Shown here: positions 15,934 through 40,024 of the stretch, in pieces | Position numbering within the stretch: the stretch's first letter is position 1 | Layout of the letters: the number at the start of each line of letters is the position of its first letter | Assembly (NCBI RefSeq): GCF_009914755.1 | Contig: NC_060933.1 | DNA: 64,000 nt | Source: the human T2T-CHM13v2.0 reference genome, Homo sapiens | Direction: 5' to 3' (one strand) | Translations under genes and position numbers: made by a program | Notes under the pieces: generated by a model | Database searches by the model: none | What the model was told of the DNA's origin: nothing | The model's input: the letters and a program-made list of their open reading frames with translations, nothing else

Positions 15934-16265
15934 GAATCAGCAAGAGAGGAAGTGACTGCAAGAAAACAAAGGCTTGCTGGAGATTTTATAAGCTGGTTCT
16001 TGGGCTGCAGAGTGCTACATGTAGTACTGATAATGACAAGGTTGCAGAGGAGCTAACTTGCAACATTTCTGTCAGCCAAGGTGTTTGATGATAAATGGAA
16101 CCATCTGATAAGCAGGAAGAGTGTGAGTTGTACATTATCTGCACAGATAATGTTTGTGTCCTGGGCCACAAAGAAAGGCAGACCTATTATAGCTTATCTG
16201 CTTTATCTCTTTGCTTTCCCCTGATCTCGCCAGCTTGTCCCCTTTTCCCTAATTAGGACTCCACA
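15934..16265 (-). mobile_element. ERV1 LTR piece (MER83-like, family uncertain), split by the MER41A
   Basis: Minus strand starts TGTGGAGTCCTAATTAGGGAAAAGG; the remainder with AATAAA lies at ~15303-15383. Confidence 0.5.
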
Positions 16266-16831
16266 AAGTGAGACAGAAACAACAAAAACAGAAACAAAAA
16301 AACAAAACAAAAAACAGTTAAGCAAAACAAACAAATGATCACACAATTTATACAATTACTGAGCACTCTAATTATAAGGAGAAATTAAGACTAGCTGGTT
16401 GTTAATCTTAACTTTAGCCAAGACAAAAACCCAATTCAGCTACTTACCAAGGAATGGGGCTCAAACTGAAGACTGCTCTCTACCATCCTAGAAGCGGGAA
16501 AAAGCTCAAACTCACCCTCCCTCTTGGAAGAGGGCTGAAACTCCAGAAGGGGGTTACCTGCCCACCATCAGCATGGAAGCAGGAAAACTTGCCTTCCTTG
16601 TTGGAAGCAAGTAAAACTCCAGAAAAGTTGTACAGCAAAATAAACATTAGATCTCAAACAAATTTGGGTAGAGACCAGGGATTCTCTGGAGGGAAGGGAG
16701 CTCCCAGGCATCAGCAAATTGTTCTATTGGTTTGAGTCATAAGGATAGCTCAAGCTAGTACCAAGCACCAAAAGGAGATTTGTCAAAGATCAGGGGCACT
16801 TCCACTCAGAATCCCTTCGTGGTTACCAAAC

Positions 16832-17504
16832 TGTGAACCCAAAATATCTGAGTCAGGTCTCAATCAATTTTTCTAGTTTATTTTGCCAAAGTTAAGGACA
16901 CACCCATAACACAGCCTCAGAAAGACTTGATGACATGTACCCAAGGCAGTTGGGGTACAGCTTGATTTTATACATTTTAGGGAGACACGAGACATCAATC
17001 AATATGTGTAAGATGTACATTGGTTCAGTCTGGAAAGCCAGGACAACTTGAAGTTGGGGGAGCAGGGGCTTCCAGGTCATAGGTAGATAAGAAACAAAAG
17101 ATTTCATTATTTTGAATCCTTGATCAGCCTTTCACTGAATACACAATTTAGTCTGGCTCAGTGAATCTGCATTTTTACATAAACAATAGGGCTGAGGAAG
17201 CAATCAGATATGCATTTGTCTCAGAGGGATGACTTCCTGTCCCACACCTGTGAAAAGAAGCTATCAGTTTACATTGCCCGGGTGAAATTCAACAGAACTG
17301 TTTTAGAGTAAAGATCTTGAGGCCCACAAAAAATTGCTGTGGGAAAATTGTGAGGGAGGTATGTAGCTTTTTTTTTTTTTTTTAATCTTTGTAGCTATCT
17401 TCTTTACAAACAAAATGAGAGGCAGGTTTTCCTGACACAGTTCCTAGCTTGACTTTCCCCTTGGATTAGTGATTTTGAGGTCTGACATTTATTTACCTTT
17501 CACA
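16832..17504 (-). mobile_element. MER4A-type 5' LTR
   Basis: TGTGAAAGG...gggttcaca, followed on the minus strand by TGGTAACCACGAAGGGA (tRNA-Arg-like PBS). Confidence 0.85.
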
Positions 17505-19478
17505 GATCTAAAGGTGGAATTTATAATTTAAAGGGATGCAGATATAAAAATTTGAAAAATTTGTAGTCTGGCCATGTAATAGAAAAGGAAAAAGCATTTT
17601 CAGGAGAGGAATCCAAGGGTGCTGTGGAGCAACCATTTGCAAGAGAGATGACTTGCAAGAGAGCATGACTAAAAGTTAATCATGCTGATAGTTAAGGCAA
17701 TGGGGAAAAGTCCCCAAAGGCACTTCAGAAGATAGGTAGTCTCTCCCATCACAAGCTAAGAGGTCCAGGAGGACAGAATGGTTTTTGGAGGACAGGCTCA
17801 GGGCTCTGTGCCCTGTGCTGCCTAGAGATGCTGCTCCCACATCCCAGCCACTCTGGCTCCAGCCACAGCTCAAAGAACCTCAGGTGCCACTCAGGATGCT
17901 GCTCTGGAGTGCACAAGCCATAAGTCTTATCAGCTATCACATGTTGTTAAGTCTGCAGGCACCCAGAATGCAAGAGTGGTGGAGAACTCTTGGTGGCTTC
18001 CACCTAGATTTCAGAGGATGCATCAGAAAGCCTAGGTGTCCAGGCAGAAGCCTGCTGAAGGGGCAGAGCTACCACAGAGAGCCTCTGCTAAGGTAATGAC
18101 AATCAGGAATGTGAGATTGCAGCCCCCATAGAGACCTGTATTAGAGCAATGCCCAGTGGAGCTGTGGAAGCAGGGCCATTGTCCTCCAGACCCCAGAATT
18201 ATAGAGCCACTGGCAGTGTGCAACCTCAGCCTGGAAAAGCTGTAGGCATTCAACCTAACCCATGAGAACAGCCACATGGACTGAGCAAAGCCATGGGAGT
18301 GAGGCTGCCTGAGGCCTTTGAGGTCCATCCCTCACACCAGTGTGCCTAGGATGCAGATCATGAAGTCAAAGGAGATTGTTTTGGAACTTTAAGATTTAAT
18401 GTCTGCTCTGCTGGGTTCTGGATTTGCATAAGGTCCATTACACACACACACCTATATATATAGGTGCAGTAGCACGATCATAGTTCATTCTGTCTCCCAG
18501 GCTGGAGTCCAGTGGCACCATTATAGCTTACTACATCATCAAATTCCTGAGCTCAAGCAATCCTCCCACCTCATTCTCCTAAGTAGCTGAGACTACAGGC
18601 GCACACCACCACACCCAGCTAATTTTTAAAATGTTTGTAGAGACCTGTCTCATTATGTTGCCCAGGCATGTCTCCAACTCCTTGCCTCAAGCGATCCTCC
18701 CACCTCAGCCTCCCAAAGTGTTGTGATTACAGTTGTTCAGCCACTATGCCTGGGCCTGTTACGCCTTTCTTGGGCCAATTTCTCCCTTTTGGAATGGGAA
18801 CATGTTTACCCAGTGCCTGTACAACCATTATATCTTGTATGTAAATAACTTGATTTTTATTTTAAAGGCTCATAGCTTTAAGGAACTTGACTTAAGTCTC
18901 AGGTGAGACTTTGGACTTATAAGTTGATGCTAGAACAAGTTAAGACTTTTGGAGACTATTGGGATGGAATGATTATATTTTGTATGGAAGGACATGAGAT
19001 TTGGAAGGCCAGGGGCAGCATGCTTCTTTGTCCCAAACATCCAAATCTGTCGCTGTTTGTGATCCTCAATTGATTTTTAGTCAGCAGTCCTTTACTGGAA
19101 CATCCTTTACCCAAACCTCATGTTGAAATTTGATCCCCAGTGTTGGAGGTGGGGCTTAATGGTAACTGTTTGGATCCTGGAGGCAGATCCTTCACCAATG
19201 GCTTGGTGCCATCCTTGAAGTAACACAACTTACTCTATTAGTTCAGTGAGAGCTGGTTATTAAAAAGAGCTTGGCACCTCACTTCCCCCGTTGCTTCCTC
19301 TCTCACCATGTGATCTCTGCACATGCCAGCTCCACTTCATCTTCCACCACAGTGGAAGCAGCCTGAAGCTTTCACCAGAAGCAGATGCTGCAGAACCATG
19401 AGCCAAATAAACCTCTTTTCCTTATAAATACCCAGCCTCAGGTATTCCTTATAGCAACACTAAATAAACTAAGGCAGA
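17505..19478 (+). mobile_element. MaLR (MST) internal sequence plus MST-type LTR (~19020-19478), with an antisense Alu at ~18465-18756
   Basis: ccacctagatttcagaggatg, tccagaccccagaat, ggagactattgggatggaatgattatattt; LTR ends cccagcctcaggtattccttatagcaacac...aactaaggca. Confidence 0.8.
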
Positions 19479-19504
19479 CATTCATTATAAATAAATTAAT
19501 ATGA

Positions 19505-20058
<554 letters not shown>

Positions 20059-21039
20059 CAGCCAGTAATATACTTTCTACATTGAATTAATAAACATCTG
20101 TGCTCTTTCCCTAAAATTCATTTTTTTTTACCTGACAGATGGTGCAGACAAACCTGTATTTTTAAAGTGCATTAAAATATTTTCTATTTTTTCTTCTTTG
20201 AAAATCTCTCCCATGATTTGAGGAAGAAAAAAAAAAAAACCTCAAAGTTTTCCTGTATGTGATCTTCAATTGATTTTGAGTCAGTAGTCCTTTACTGAAA
20301 AGAGCAAAGAATCTCACTCTAACAGATACATGTATGCTCTGTCCAGTAACATTTTATCCCCTGGGTACAGAGCTTACTTAGACTCTAACATTTTAGCAGT
20401 GCTCTCCAGATTAGCTCAACTACAAAGGAAACATTTGACCCACAGACACCTGAGAAGGGAAGGTGACTGAGGAATGGGTGTTGAGGGACTCTGCTCTCCT
20501 GCAAATATTCTGAACTATCTTCAGGATCCAAGATCCTATCTTAGGATCCACTTAAGACCTGCACGCATGAAGTCATTGTACCATGGAGCACATCCTTACA
20601 GGGCTGCCCCAAAAATATGCCCAACATAGAAACTAAAACTTTGCTGGTTATCAGCATCACTGAGGAATAGTATTTAGACTTGACAAAGTAGAGGAGCTGA
20701 ATCTAAGAACTGTACTTAAAGCCAAGCACCCAAAAGGGCTATATCACCTGTTGATGAGGTGAAGAGAAAAATCTGCATACTGGTAACGTGAACCAACAAG
20801 AAAACCAGTCTGTCCCTGGTAATAGTAAGAATAGGGAGGAGAGAAACATTTGAGAAATAGACAAAAATGGCAAAATGGGGTGGAAAGGACTAATAACATT
20901 AATCATTTTCCCTAATCATTTATAATCATAGCCCTAGTCTCATGCAGTTCCAGCATTTGAATGTACACCATACTCAGAGTCTGATAAACCCCAATTCAAG
21001 AAATAAGTAGAAATACAGTCCTAGGTTGATAGTGTTCCC

Positions 21040-21365
21040 AGCTGGGCACAGTGGCCCACGCCTGTAATCCCTATACTTCGGGAGGCCGAGGTGGGCAGAT
21101 CACTTGAGGTCAGGAATTCGAGACCAGCTTGGGCAACAGAGTGAAACGCTGTCTCTACTAAAAATACAAAAATTAGCTGGATGTGGTGGCAGGCACCTGT
21201 AATCCCAGCAACTCAGGAGGCTGAGGCAGGAGAATTGCTTGAACTCAGGAGGCAGAGGCTGCAGTGAGCCGAGATAGCACCACCGCACTCTAGCCTGGGA
21301 GACAGAGGGAGACTCTGTCTCAAAAAATAAAAATTAAAAATAAATAAATAAATAAATAAATAAAA
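21040..21365 (+). mobile_element. Alu
   Basis: Full dimer, (TAAA)n tail, TSD gatagtgttccc. Confidence 0.9.
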
Positions 21366-21742
21366 GATAGTGTTCCCTAGCACGCAGAAGAAACCAAGAC
21401 AAATCATCTCAACCCAGACCTCTCAGGATTCCCAAAGTTGAAGTTTAACCAAATATGAATTCCTAATAAAATATCAAACATACAAGGAAACAGACAACCA
21501 TGAGCAGAGTCAAGAGAGACTACAAACTGAAATGTAAGACATACACAGACTGCAGATATTAAAATTAAAAAAATAGTATATGAAGTAAATACGTTTAAAG
21601 TGTTTTAACTGAAAGGCAGAGATAAGCAGTATGTAAAGCAGAAAGAAGGGACATTTAGGTCAACCTGGACCTTCAGGGTAAGTTCCCTGAGGATATGATG
21701 CTTGAGTTGGGCTAGAAGGACAATTAAGAATTAGTCAAGATA

Positions 21743-22040
21743 GGCCGGGTGCGGTGACTCACACCTGTAATCCCAGCACTTTGGGAGGCTGAGGTGGGCG
21801 GATCACAAAGTCAGGAGATCGAGACCAGCCTGGCTAACATGGTGAAACCCCGTCTCTATTAAAAATACAAAAAAAAATTAGCCGGGCGTGGTGATGGGCG
21901 CCTGTCGTCCCAGCTACTTGGGAGACTGAGTCAGGAGAATGGCGTGAACCCGGGAGGCGGAGCTTGCAGTGATCGCACCACTGCATTCCAGGTCAGGCAA
22001 CAGAGTGAGACTCCATCTCAAAAAAAATAAAAATAAAAAT
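21743..22040 (+). mobile_element. AluY-like
   Basis: gaatggcgtgaacccgggaggcggagcttgc; TSD aattagtcaagata. Confidence 0.9.
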
Positions 22041-22084
22041 AATTAGTCAAGATATAATGCCATCAGGATATGAAGGAAAAAAAA

Positions 22085-22850
22085 GAATTAGGTGGAAAAA
22101 AGTGGTAGGGCATTCCATACCAAGAAATCAAAATCATAAGCAAAGACATGGACACACTGAACAGCATGGGGGACTCAGGGAAAACTTCAAGTGTCCTCTG
22201 TTACTAGAGTAATAAATGCAGAGCAGGAAAGAGCAAGAGAAGCTGAAGAAGTAGCATATCAGGAGATAAAGGGCTTTGTATACCATACGTAGGAAGTATG
22301 GCCTCACTGAAGGACTTTAAGGAGGGGAATAACATGATCAGTTTTGTTTTATGTAGACTGCTTTGTTAGTAGTGAGGGAAAAGGATTTAAGATGGGCAAA
22401 GCTGGAGGAACAGAGATCAGCTAGGATCAGCTACAGATCAACTGCTGCACAGGTTACAGGAGAAATGATGAGCGTCTGAACTACCAGGGTGTCTGTAAGG
22501 GTGGGAGGAGAGGCAGATTTGAGAAACTGCAGCTAAAATTAGCAAAAGCTGGTGATTACTTTTGGGAAGGATGAAGGGGAAGCAGCATAGAATGGCTCCT
22601 GTGTTTCTTGCTTGGGTGACTAGGTGATATTAATTGATTTGGGGAATACAACAGGAAGACCACATTGGGACAGATGATAATGCCCTAAATAATGAAGATG
22701 TTAGGTCTGAGTACTTATGGCGAATCAAGCTTGGAGATGCTTATCAAGCAACTGGATTTATGAGATTGAAGCTCATATGAGAAGTCAATGCTGAAATAAT
22801 TAACTACAAAAGTGGCTAATTCACCTAAGGAGAGACAGAAGCACAGTGAT
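22085..22850 (-). mobile_element. L2 fragment
   Basis: Degenerate L2 motifs (aacatgatcagtttt, ttcttgcttgggtgactagg). Confidence 0.55.
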
Positions 22851-23072
22851 CCAAGTGTGGAATTCAGGGTTAGGAAATAATCTGAAATTCATGACAAGTT
22901 TTATAGGTTTTTAAAAAATGCTCATAAGCAAAATATAATTATGTATAGATATTAAGCAAGTCTTACAGTATCAAAAATTGGAAACCATCTAAAAGTAAAA
23001 AAAAATAGAATGGTTAATTATTACAGTATATCCACTTTGGAAAAATATCATAGTCATTAAAAATGATGTTTA

Positions 23073-24709
<1,637 letters not shown>

Positions 24710-24999
24710 CTATAGAAACAGCAAATATAGAAACTTGAGGTTGATGAAATTCTTCCTTCTACCTTTCCACATTTTCCAAATTCACTATATAATATTATAA
24801 TAACGGAGAAAACTTTAAAACAAACAACATTTCCTATCACCTCTATCAGGACATAGCTAGAGTTCCTATCAAACACAGGACCTGACATACAGGAGCCCCT
24901 CACAAAACGCAGTCATGTGCCAATACCTAGATGTGAAGGCAGCTGCTGTAGAGGCTCCTGCCTTCTAGAAGCCTGCAGTCTCTCCTGTCTGCCAGAAGC

Positions 25000-25760
25000 C
25001 TCACCATGGCTCGGCCTCCGAGATGCCATCCTGGGCCGGCAGGGCAGGTTCAGCTTCTGCCCCTCGGGACTCGATCTCACCTCTGGCCGCTGACACTCTG
25101 ACCCATGCGACTTTTCGGGGCTCCTACTTCCCATTCCCACCAGCCCACCAGGGGCACTGCGGCCTCACAACTCCCTCATCCCCTGGGAAACAATTCCCCC
25201 AGGACCGTGGGCATTATCCCTCCAGCGGACGTCGGCCCCACAAGCCCCTCACGGAAGGGCGGCTCCGTGAGATCTCACTGTACTGACCAGTCCTGCCACT
25301 GCCAGGACGCTGGGCCTCTCAGACACTCGATGAGACCGGTCCAACTCCAGGTGGCAACTGGAGCTGGGTTGCTGCCGGGCCCTTAACACTACATCCCTAC
25401 GGAGAGGGCGGAACAGGAGAGAGGAATAGCAGAAGGGAAAGGCAGAGGGGAGGGTGGCGAGGAAGAACCCGCGAGTTCCGATGGAGGCTGTGGCTGCGCG
25501 TCGATGCTCCACCAGGACGCTGGAGAGGCGGCGCGGGTCCCACAAGCCCGAAAGCCCGGGAGGTGGGGCGGGTCCTGCAGCGGAAATGCCTCTTGGGCGC
25601 TCCGCCCGAATCTCGGTTGTGAGCTTAAATGCTCAGCTCTCATATCAAGGAAGCTAAGGCGCCTTCAGCCTCCTGAGGAGATACCCGGGGAGGCCGCTGC
25701 TAGGAAGCCTGAGAGCGCCCACTGACGGCCCTGCCCCAAGATAGGCTCCGTCCCTGAGCA
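25000..25760. promoter_or_regulatory. Orphan CpG-rich, non-repetitive segment
   Basis: High GC with many CpGs against AT-rich flanks; GC box ggggcgggt at ~25565; no recognisable protein. Confidence 0.55.
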
Positions 25761-26410
25761 GACTGGGCTGGGCCTCTCCAAAACCACGCTCACAGTTTGT
25801 TCATTCACTGCTGAGTCCTAACCAGATACTAAGCGCCAGTTGCTGACGTTAGAGCAGTAAACTGGGTACCAGGTTCCTGCCGTCTGAAAGGACATATTTA
25901 AGCCACAAGTTACAACGTAGTGTGGAAAGCGCTGTGTGGGGGTTGGGGAAGCAGTGATAAGGGCACTCATCCCGGCTTGGGAGTCAAGGGAGGTCTCCAG
26001 TGGGGCACCAGCCACAGTAGCAGGACAGAAGCAGATCGGATGTAATGGTTTTTAATGATAAAAAGTTACCATCTGATGTCTTCTGGTTCCTCTGAGACCT
26101 GCTGGCTGCTGGGGGTGGAGGGGAAAAGAAGTTGAGGAGGCCGTGATCTTGGACTTCCCAGCCTCCAGAATTATGAGAAATAAATGCTTGTTGTTTAAGC
26201 CAGAAAAAAAAAAAAAAGAAAGAAGAAAAAAGATTAAATGAGATAATAAATGTTAGAGTATAAATGTGTTCCACATCACTGAGGAGCAAAAAAAAAAACA
26301 ACACATTATTTAATTTTTCTAAATTAAATTAACTCGGGCTCAAAACCCCATTTACTAGGGTGGAAAGACAACCAACATCAACCATTTATTGGGGCCCATT
26401 TCCCTCTTTA

Positions 26411-28488
<2,078 letters not shown>

Positions 28489-28599
28489 CACCGTTGGTCA
28501 CAGTTAAAAAGCACTGTCTGGGCCAAATGTTACACATAAGTAGGTCATCTTTATGCCCTTCAATGGTTTCAGCTGCTACATATATGCTGCTAGAGGTCA

Positions 28600-29592
28600 A
28601 ATCTACATCCCCCCCATAGACTGCTCTCCCAAGCTTCAGATCCATGTATCTGTCCCTTGCCTAGCTTTACCTTGAGGTGACACCAGAACCTCAAATTCAA
28701 ATATCTAAAATGGAACCCATCACCGCCCCCCAACCACCATAACTTGGTTCCCAGGTCTTTGTTTCTTATCTCAGTGAAATTGCACCAACAAACATCCAGT
28801 TTCCCAAGTCAGAAATCTTGGAGTCACCCTCAATTTCCTCTCTCCCCCAACCTATCCTATTGGTAAACAAGTCTAATCAATTTTATCTCTGGAGTTCTAC
28901 TTGAATCCATATTTCCCATGCCCACCATCACTGACATGGTTCAGGCCTCACTTTAGTTTTTATTTAACTAAAGCAAGACTCACCTAACCTCTTGCCTTTT
29001 GTGTCTTTACCCTCACTAGAATGTTATTTCCGAGACACAAACTTCATCTTGTCACTTCCCTGTTTAAAACTTTTCAATGGTTTCACATTGAAAAGTGACA
29101 GAGTTCCAACTTCTTAGCCTGGTGTTCAGGGACTTTGTGATCTTGTCTTTCTAGGTTCATCTCCTACCACTTCCCCAACCTCCATCCAAAACTACAGCCA
29201 CACTGAAATACCTTCAATTTCCATAATGGGGCATAGTTTCTCTGCCCTAGCACATTTACACAGGCTGTTCCTACTGCCTGGATTGTCCTTCTCTCACTCC
29301 CTACACTACATCCTCACTTTCTTGGTTCCTCAAATAAAGCATTAATCATCTCCTCTGGGAAGCACCCCTCACCATCAACCTCCTTCTTCAGACTGGTGGG
29401 AATCTGTTCTCTGGCCCCATAAAACTCTGTGCGCATCTCTATTTTCATTACCTGTTACTTCACTGATCCCCCAATGAAATGGGACCTAGTTTAGTGCAAA
29501 GACTCTATCTTACTTCTGCAGTTTAAAGACTGAGCACAATACCTGGTCCATAACAGGCATTCAACAAATGTTACATGAATCAATCAATCAAT
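28600..29592 (+). mobile_element. L2 3' portion
   Basis: cccaagtcagaaatcttggagtca and ggctgttcctactgcctgga; ends gcacaatacctgg..caacaaatgtt..tgaatcaatcaatc. Confidence 0.7.
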
Positions 29593-30013
29593 CTAGTCCA
29601 ACTCATGGTACCAATGGAGAAACCTCTCTTTGGTTTCTCAAGATCATGTGGTGGATCAGTGATGGAGCTAGAGAACCCAAGTCTCCTCACTTTCAGCTCA
29701 GCACACTTTCCACCAGAACAAATCAGCTTTTAATGAGGACAGGGATTGAAGCGTGGCCCTGAAAGGAAGGGCCGACATGGAACAAAGTGGTGGTTTTAGG
29801 GGGAAATGGAGGAAATGAGAATGGCAAAGCACATTTATTTGTCATCCTTAACATGAATGCTTCACAGTTCACAGCTGACACGAGCATAAAAAAGAGGGGA
29901 TAGACCCCAACCATTAAAGACAGAATGAAGCTTATAATTAGAAACCTTAAATAGAAATTTAATACAGCATACATTATATTATTCTAAGCATATATATTTA
30001 TTCATTTAATCCT

Positions 30014-30598
30014 TGTTAGAAATGCTTGTTCCCCAGTGCCGTGAAGAAATAGCACTTGAACATAAATTTAATTTCCTCAGCAAGGCTATTTTTACTTTCT
30101 GCAGAAACGGTACACTCACCAGCAGTTTTGCCATGAAGAGTACACCGAACAAAGGAGGCAGGGTCATTTATAGCCTGACGCATCCACCCTACTGCTGTGT
30201 CCGGTTTCCATTGGCTGGAACAGGACCTCGCTTTCTGTATTTGTCCTGATTGGCTAACAACTTAGAACTTTTTAAAAAGAGGCAAAGGCAGAGAACAAAG
30301 GAAGGAGGAAGTTAACTTGTGGAATGCTGAGAAAGGTAAAAACACCTTCAAATAAGGAAGAGGAACAGGCTATGACCTAATGCTTGCTTGGACCAATATA
30401 AGCATGCCAGGGCAAATATTTAGGCTAAATTGTGGAAGCTAAGAACATAAAGTAAATTGATTTATTACGGCTAGCAGATATTTAAGAATGTTAACAGAGG
30501 TCTTTGAATAAATTTTGCTTCTAAGAGATGTTACTATTTATTCCTAATAAGATGGAGAGGAAAGTCTTTGAAGAGGAACCTCTACTTTACTTTTTACA
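30014..30598 (-). mobile_element. LTR10-family (probably LTR10C) solo LTR inserted in a MIR
   Basis: Minus strand TGTAAAAAGTAAAGTAGAGGTTCCTCTTCAAAGAC...TTTCTAACA; 585 bp; TSD tcct at 30010-30013 and 30599-30602; MIR tcatttaatcct|caaaacaaccct split by it. Confidence 0.8.
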
Positions 30599-30638
30599 TC
30601 CTCAAAACAACCCTGTGTAGTAAGTAATAATATTATTG

Positions 30639-31096
<458 letters not shown>

Positions 31097-31412
31097 TTAT
31101 TTTATAGATAAGAAAAATGAGGCACTGAAAAAATTAAGTAGTTTGAGTTTTCACAGGTAGGAAAATGACAGAGCTATGATTTGAATAAGGCAGTTCGGTG
31201 CTAGAATCCATGTACTTAACCACAATGCCTGAAGCATAATTCTGAACTGGGCAATCAAAAGGGGATCACCCACATTTCACTGTGTGAAGCATGAATTGCC
31301 TGATAGAGGAAATTTTTTTTGGTTCTAAATTCAGGGAGAAGGCTGTTAAGCCCAGGCCTCTGTGGGGGATGGGAGTTCTTTGTTCTGTGATGCAATGATG
31401 ACCTCAGGGTAA

Positions 31413-35048
<3,636 letters not shown>

Positions 35049-35141
35049 AGAAAAGGCTGGTAATACTAGCACTTGGTATGCCAAGACCTGAAGCCAAACC
35101 AGGGGGAAGGTGGGGATGTGGAGACAAGAAATGGAAATTCT

Positions 35142-35147
35142 AATAAA
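35142..35147 (+). terminator. Polyadenylation signal of C9orf131
   Basis: AATAAA ~95 nt after the stop codon. Confidence 0.8.
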
Positions 35148-35699
35148 CTAGCTGAATTAGATAAATCCCATTCATGTCTTCTTTGGAATCTAGGGTACTG
35201 AAAATGTCAATTCCCAATTCTGCTACAGCCATAGCCCCTCAGTTTCAAGTCCCAGTAGAGCACTCAGGATTCTGCAGGCTTAACTCTTTTGTGGATCTTC
35301 ACAGATGATCACATCTGGAGTCCACACATCCCTACTCTATAGGGTGAGGCTACAGGGCCAGGTCAGCATAGCCCAAAGCCGCCCTTGAGAGGGAACGACT
35401 TCACAGCATGTGAACAAAAAACTACATCCATTCACACGAGCACAGGTCATCTGAGTCTAGGCAACTGTGCTTTGTCCTGGGTATTGTTCTCTTCTTCATC
35501 CACTTGACCTGTAAGTTCTCCACGTATCTTTCTGACCATTTCTTCTCAGCCCTCTGCTCTTTTCTCTCCCTGGGTCAGCTCATCCATCTCCAAGGCCATG
35601 AAAACAAGTGTCTTTTAATACGTCTAGTAACCGTCTGGATTTCTATAATCACCGGGTCATATCCTCTACCCATTTTCTAATGCACTATTTGTTGGACAT

Positions 35700-37416
<1,717 letters not shown>

Positions 37417-37952
37417 CAGAGATAGTGACCCAAACTATTATGTATGTTCCAAATATTTTCTTCCAATTTGTATCTTATTGGCTAATTTTATGGTGACTTC
37501 TATTGTATCAAAGAAAAATTTTTTTATGTAGTTAAATCTACCAACACTTTACTTCATGACTTCTAAAACATTTTCTCCTGGCACTTTGATAATTTTGCAT
37601 ATTTATGTTTTAGATTACCGATTTTTATGGTATGAGGTGATAATCTAACCTTCCCCAAAATCATGTCCAATTTACCAATACCATTTTTTAAAAATAGAAT
37701 GTCTTGAGCCCATTCCATTAAATATGGTGTATTGTAAAAACATGAGTCATTTCTAAGCATCTCTAGGCTTCAGGTCCCCATATTCAACAGCATACCAGAC
37801 ATTATCTCATATTTGACTTGTCCAAAAACGTATTTTCCCTTTAACTTTTTCCTCCAACACGCCCATTCCTATCAAAATGCATGACATCCACCTAAATACT
37901 TAAGCTTTGACTCTTCCTTCCTCCCTGATCTAAGCCATCACCAAATCTTGTC

Positions 37953-38252
37953 AGCCAGGCTCAGTGGCTCATGCGTGTAATCCCAGCACTTTGGCAGGCC
38001 GAGGTAGGAGGATCATTTGAGGTCAGGAGATCGATACCAGCCTGGGTGGTACCCCATCTCTACTAAAAACACAAAAATTAGCCGGGTGTGGTGGTGTGCA
38101 CCTGTAATCCCAGCTACTTGGGAGGCTGAGGCAGAAGAATTGTTTGAACCAGGAGGCGGAGGTTGCAGTGAGCTGAGATCATGCCACTGCACTCCAGCCT
38201 GGGCAATAGAGCAAGACTCCATCTCAAAAAAACAAAACAAAACAAAACAAAA
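37953..38252 (+). mobile_element. Alu
   Basis: Full dimer, (CAAAA)n tail. Confidence 0.9.
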
Positions 38253-38448
38253 CTTGTCAATTATACCTATGAAATGTATTTCAAATCCATCTTCCCCTCT
38301 CCATTTCCACCATCACTATTGTCTTAGTCATTATTTCTCACTAAATTGGTTGCTCTATTCCTTCTAATCCATCCTGCACATGGCTACAATTCTCTGGAGA
38401 TCAACTGCCCCGATCTCTTCAACAAGTGTCATAAAAGTTTGAGTAAAA

Positions 38449-38743
38449 GGCTAGGGGTGGTGGTACATACTTATAAGCCCAGCTACTTGGGAGGCTGAGG
38501 CAGGAGAATCCCTTGAGCCCAGGATGTAGTGTGCCATGACGATTGGGAACCGAATGATGCTAAGTTTGGCATCAATAATGGTGACCTTCCAGAAGTGGGG
38601 GACCACCAGTGCCTAAGAAGGGGTGAACTGGCCCAGGTGGGAAACACAGCAGATAAAATTCCTGCACAGATCAGTAGCGATATAGCACCCGTAAATAGCC
38701 ACTACACTCTTAGCCTGAGCAACAGAACGAAACCCTGTCTCTT
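38449..38743 (+). pseudogene. RN7SL338P: 7SL (SRP RNA) retropseudogene
   Basis: Alu-like ends plus S-domain sequence absent from Alus (ctaagtttggcatcaat..tggtgacct..gggggaccacca..gcctaag..ggggtgaac.ggcccagg); TSD aaagtttga(g/a)taaa. The symbol is from locus recall. Confidence 0.85.
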
Positions 38744-38904
38744 ATTTTTCAAAGTTTGAATAAAGGAATCTAACAGATGCCAACTTGTGGACCTAGGTTA
38801 GATATTGGTTTGGTCCAAATAGCTGTGAATGATATTTGGGTCGCTTGGGGGAAACTCCGAATATGGTATGGGTATCTAGTTTGGTTCTTGACCTCTAGAA
38901 TTTT

Positions 38905-40024
<1,120 letters not shown>

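Noticed and set aside
30375-30420. p53 response element in the LTR10
   Set aside because: Only one good half-site (AAGCATGCCA); the adjacent decamers lack the CWWG core.
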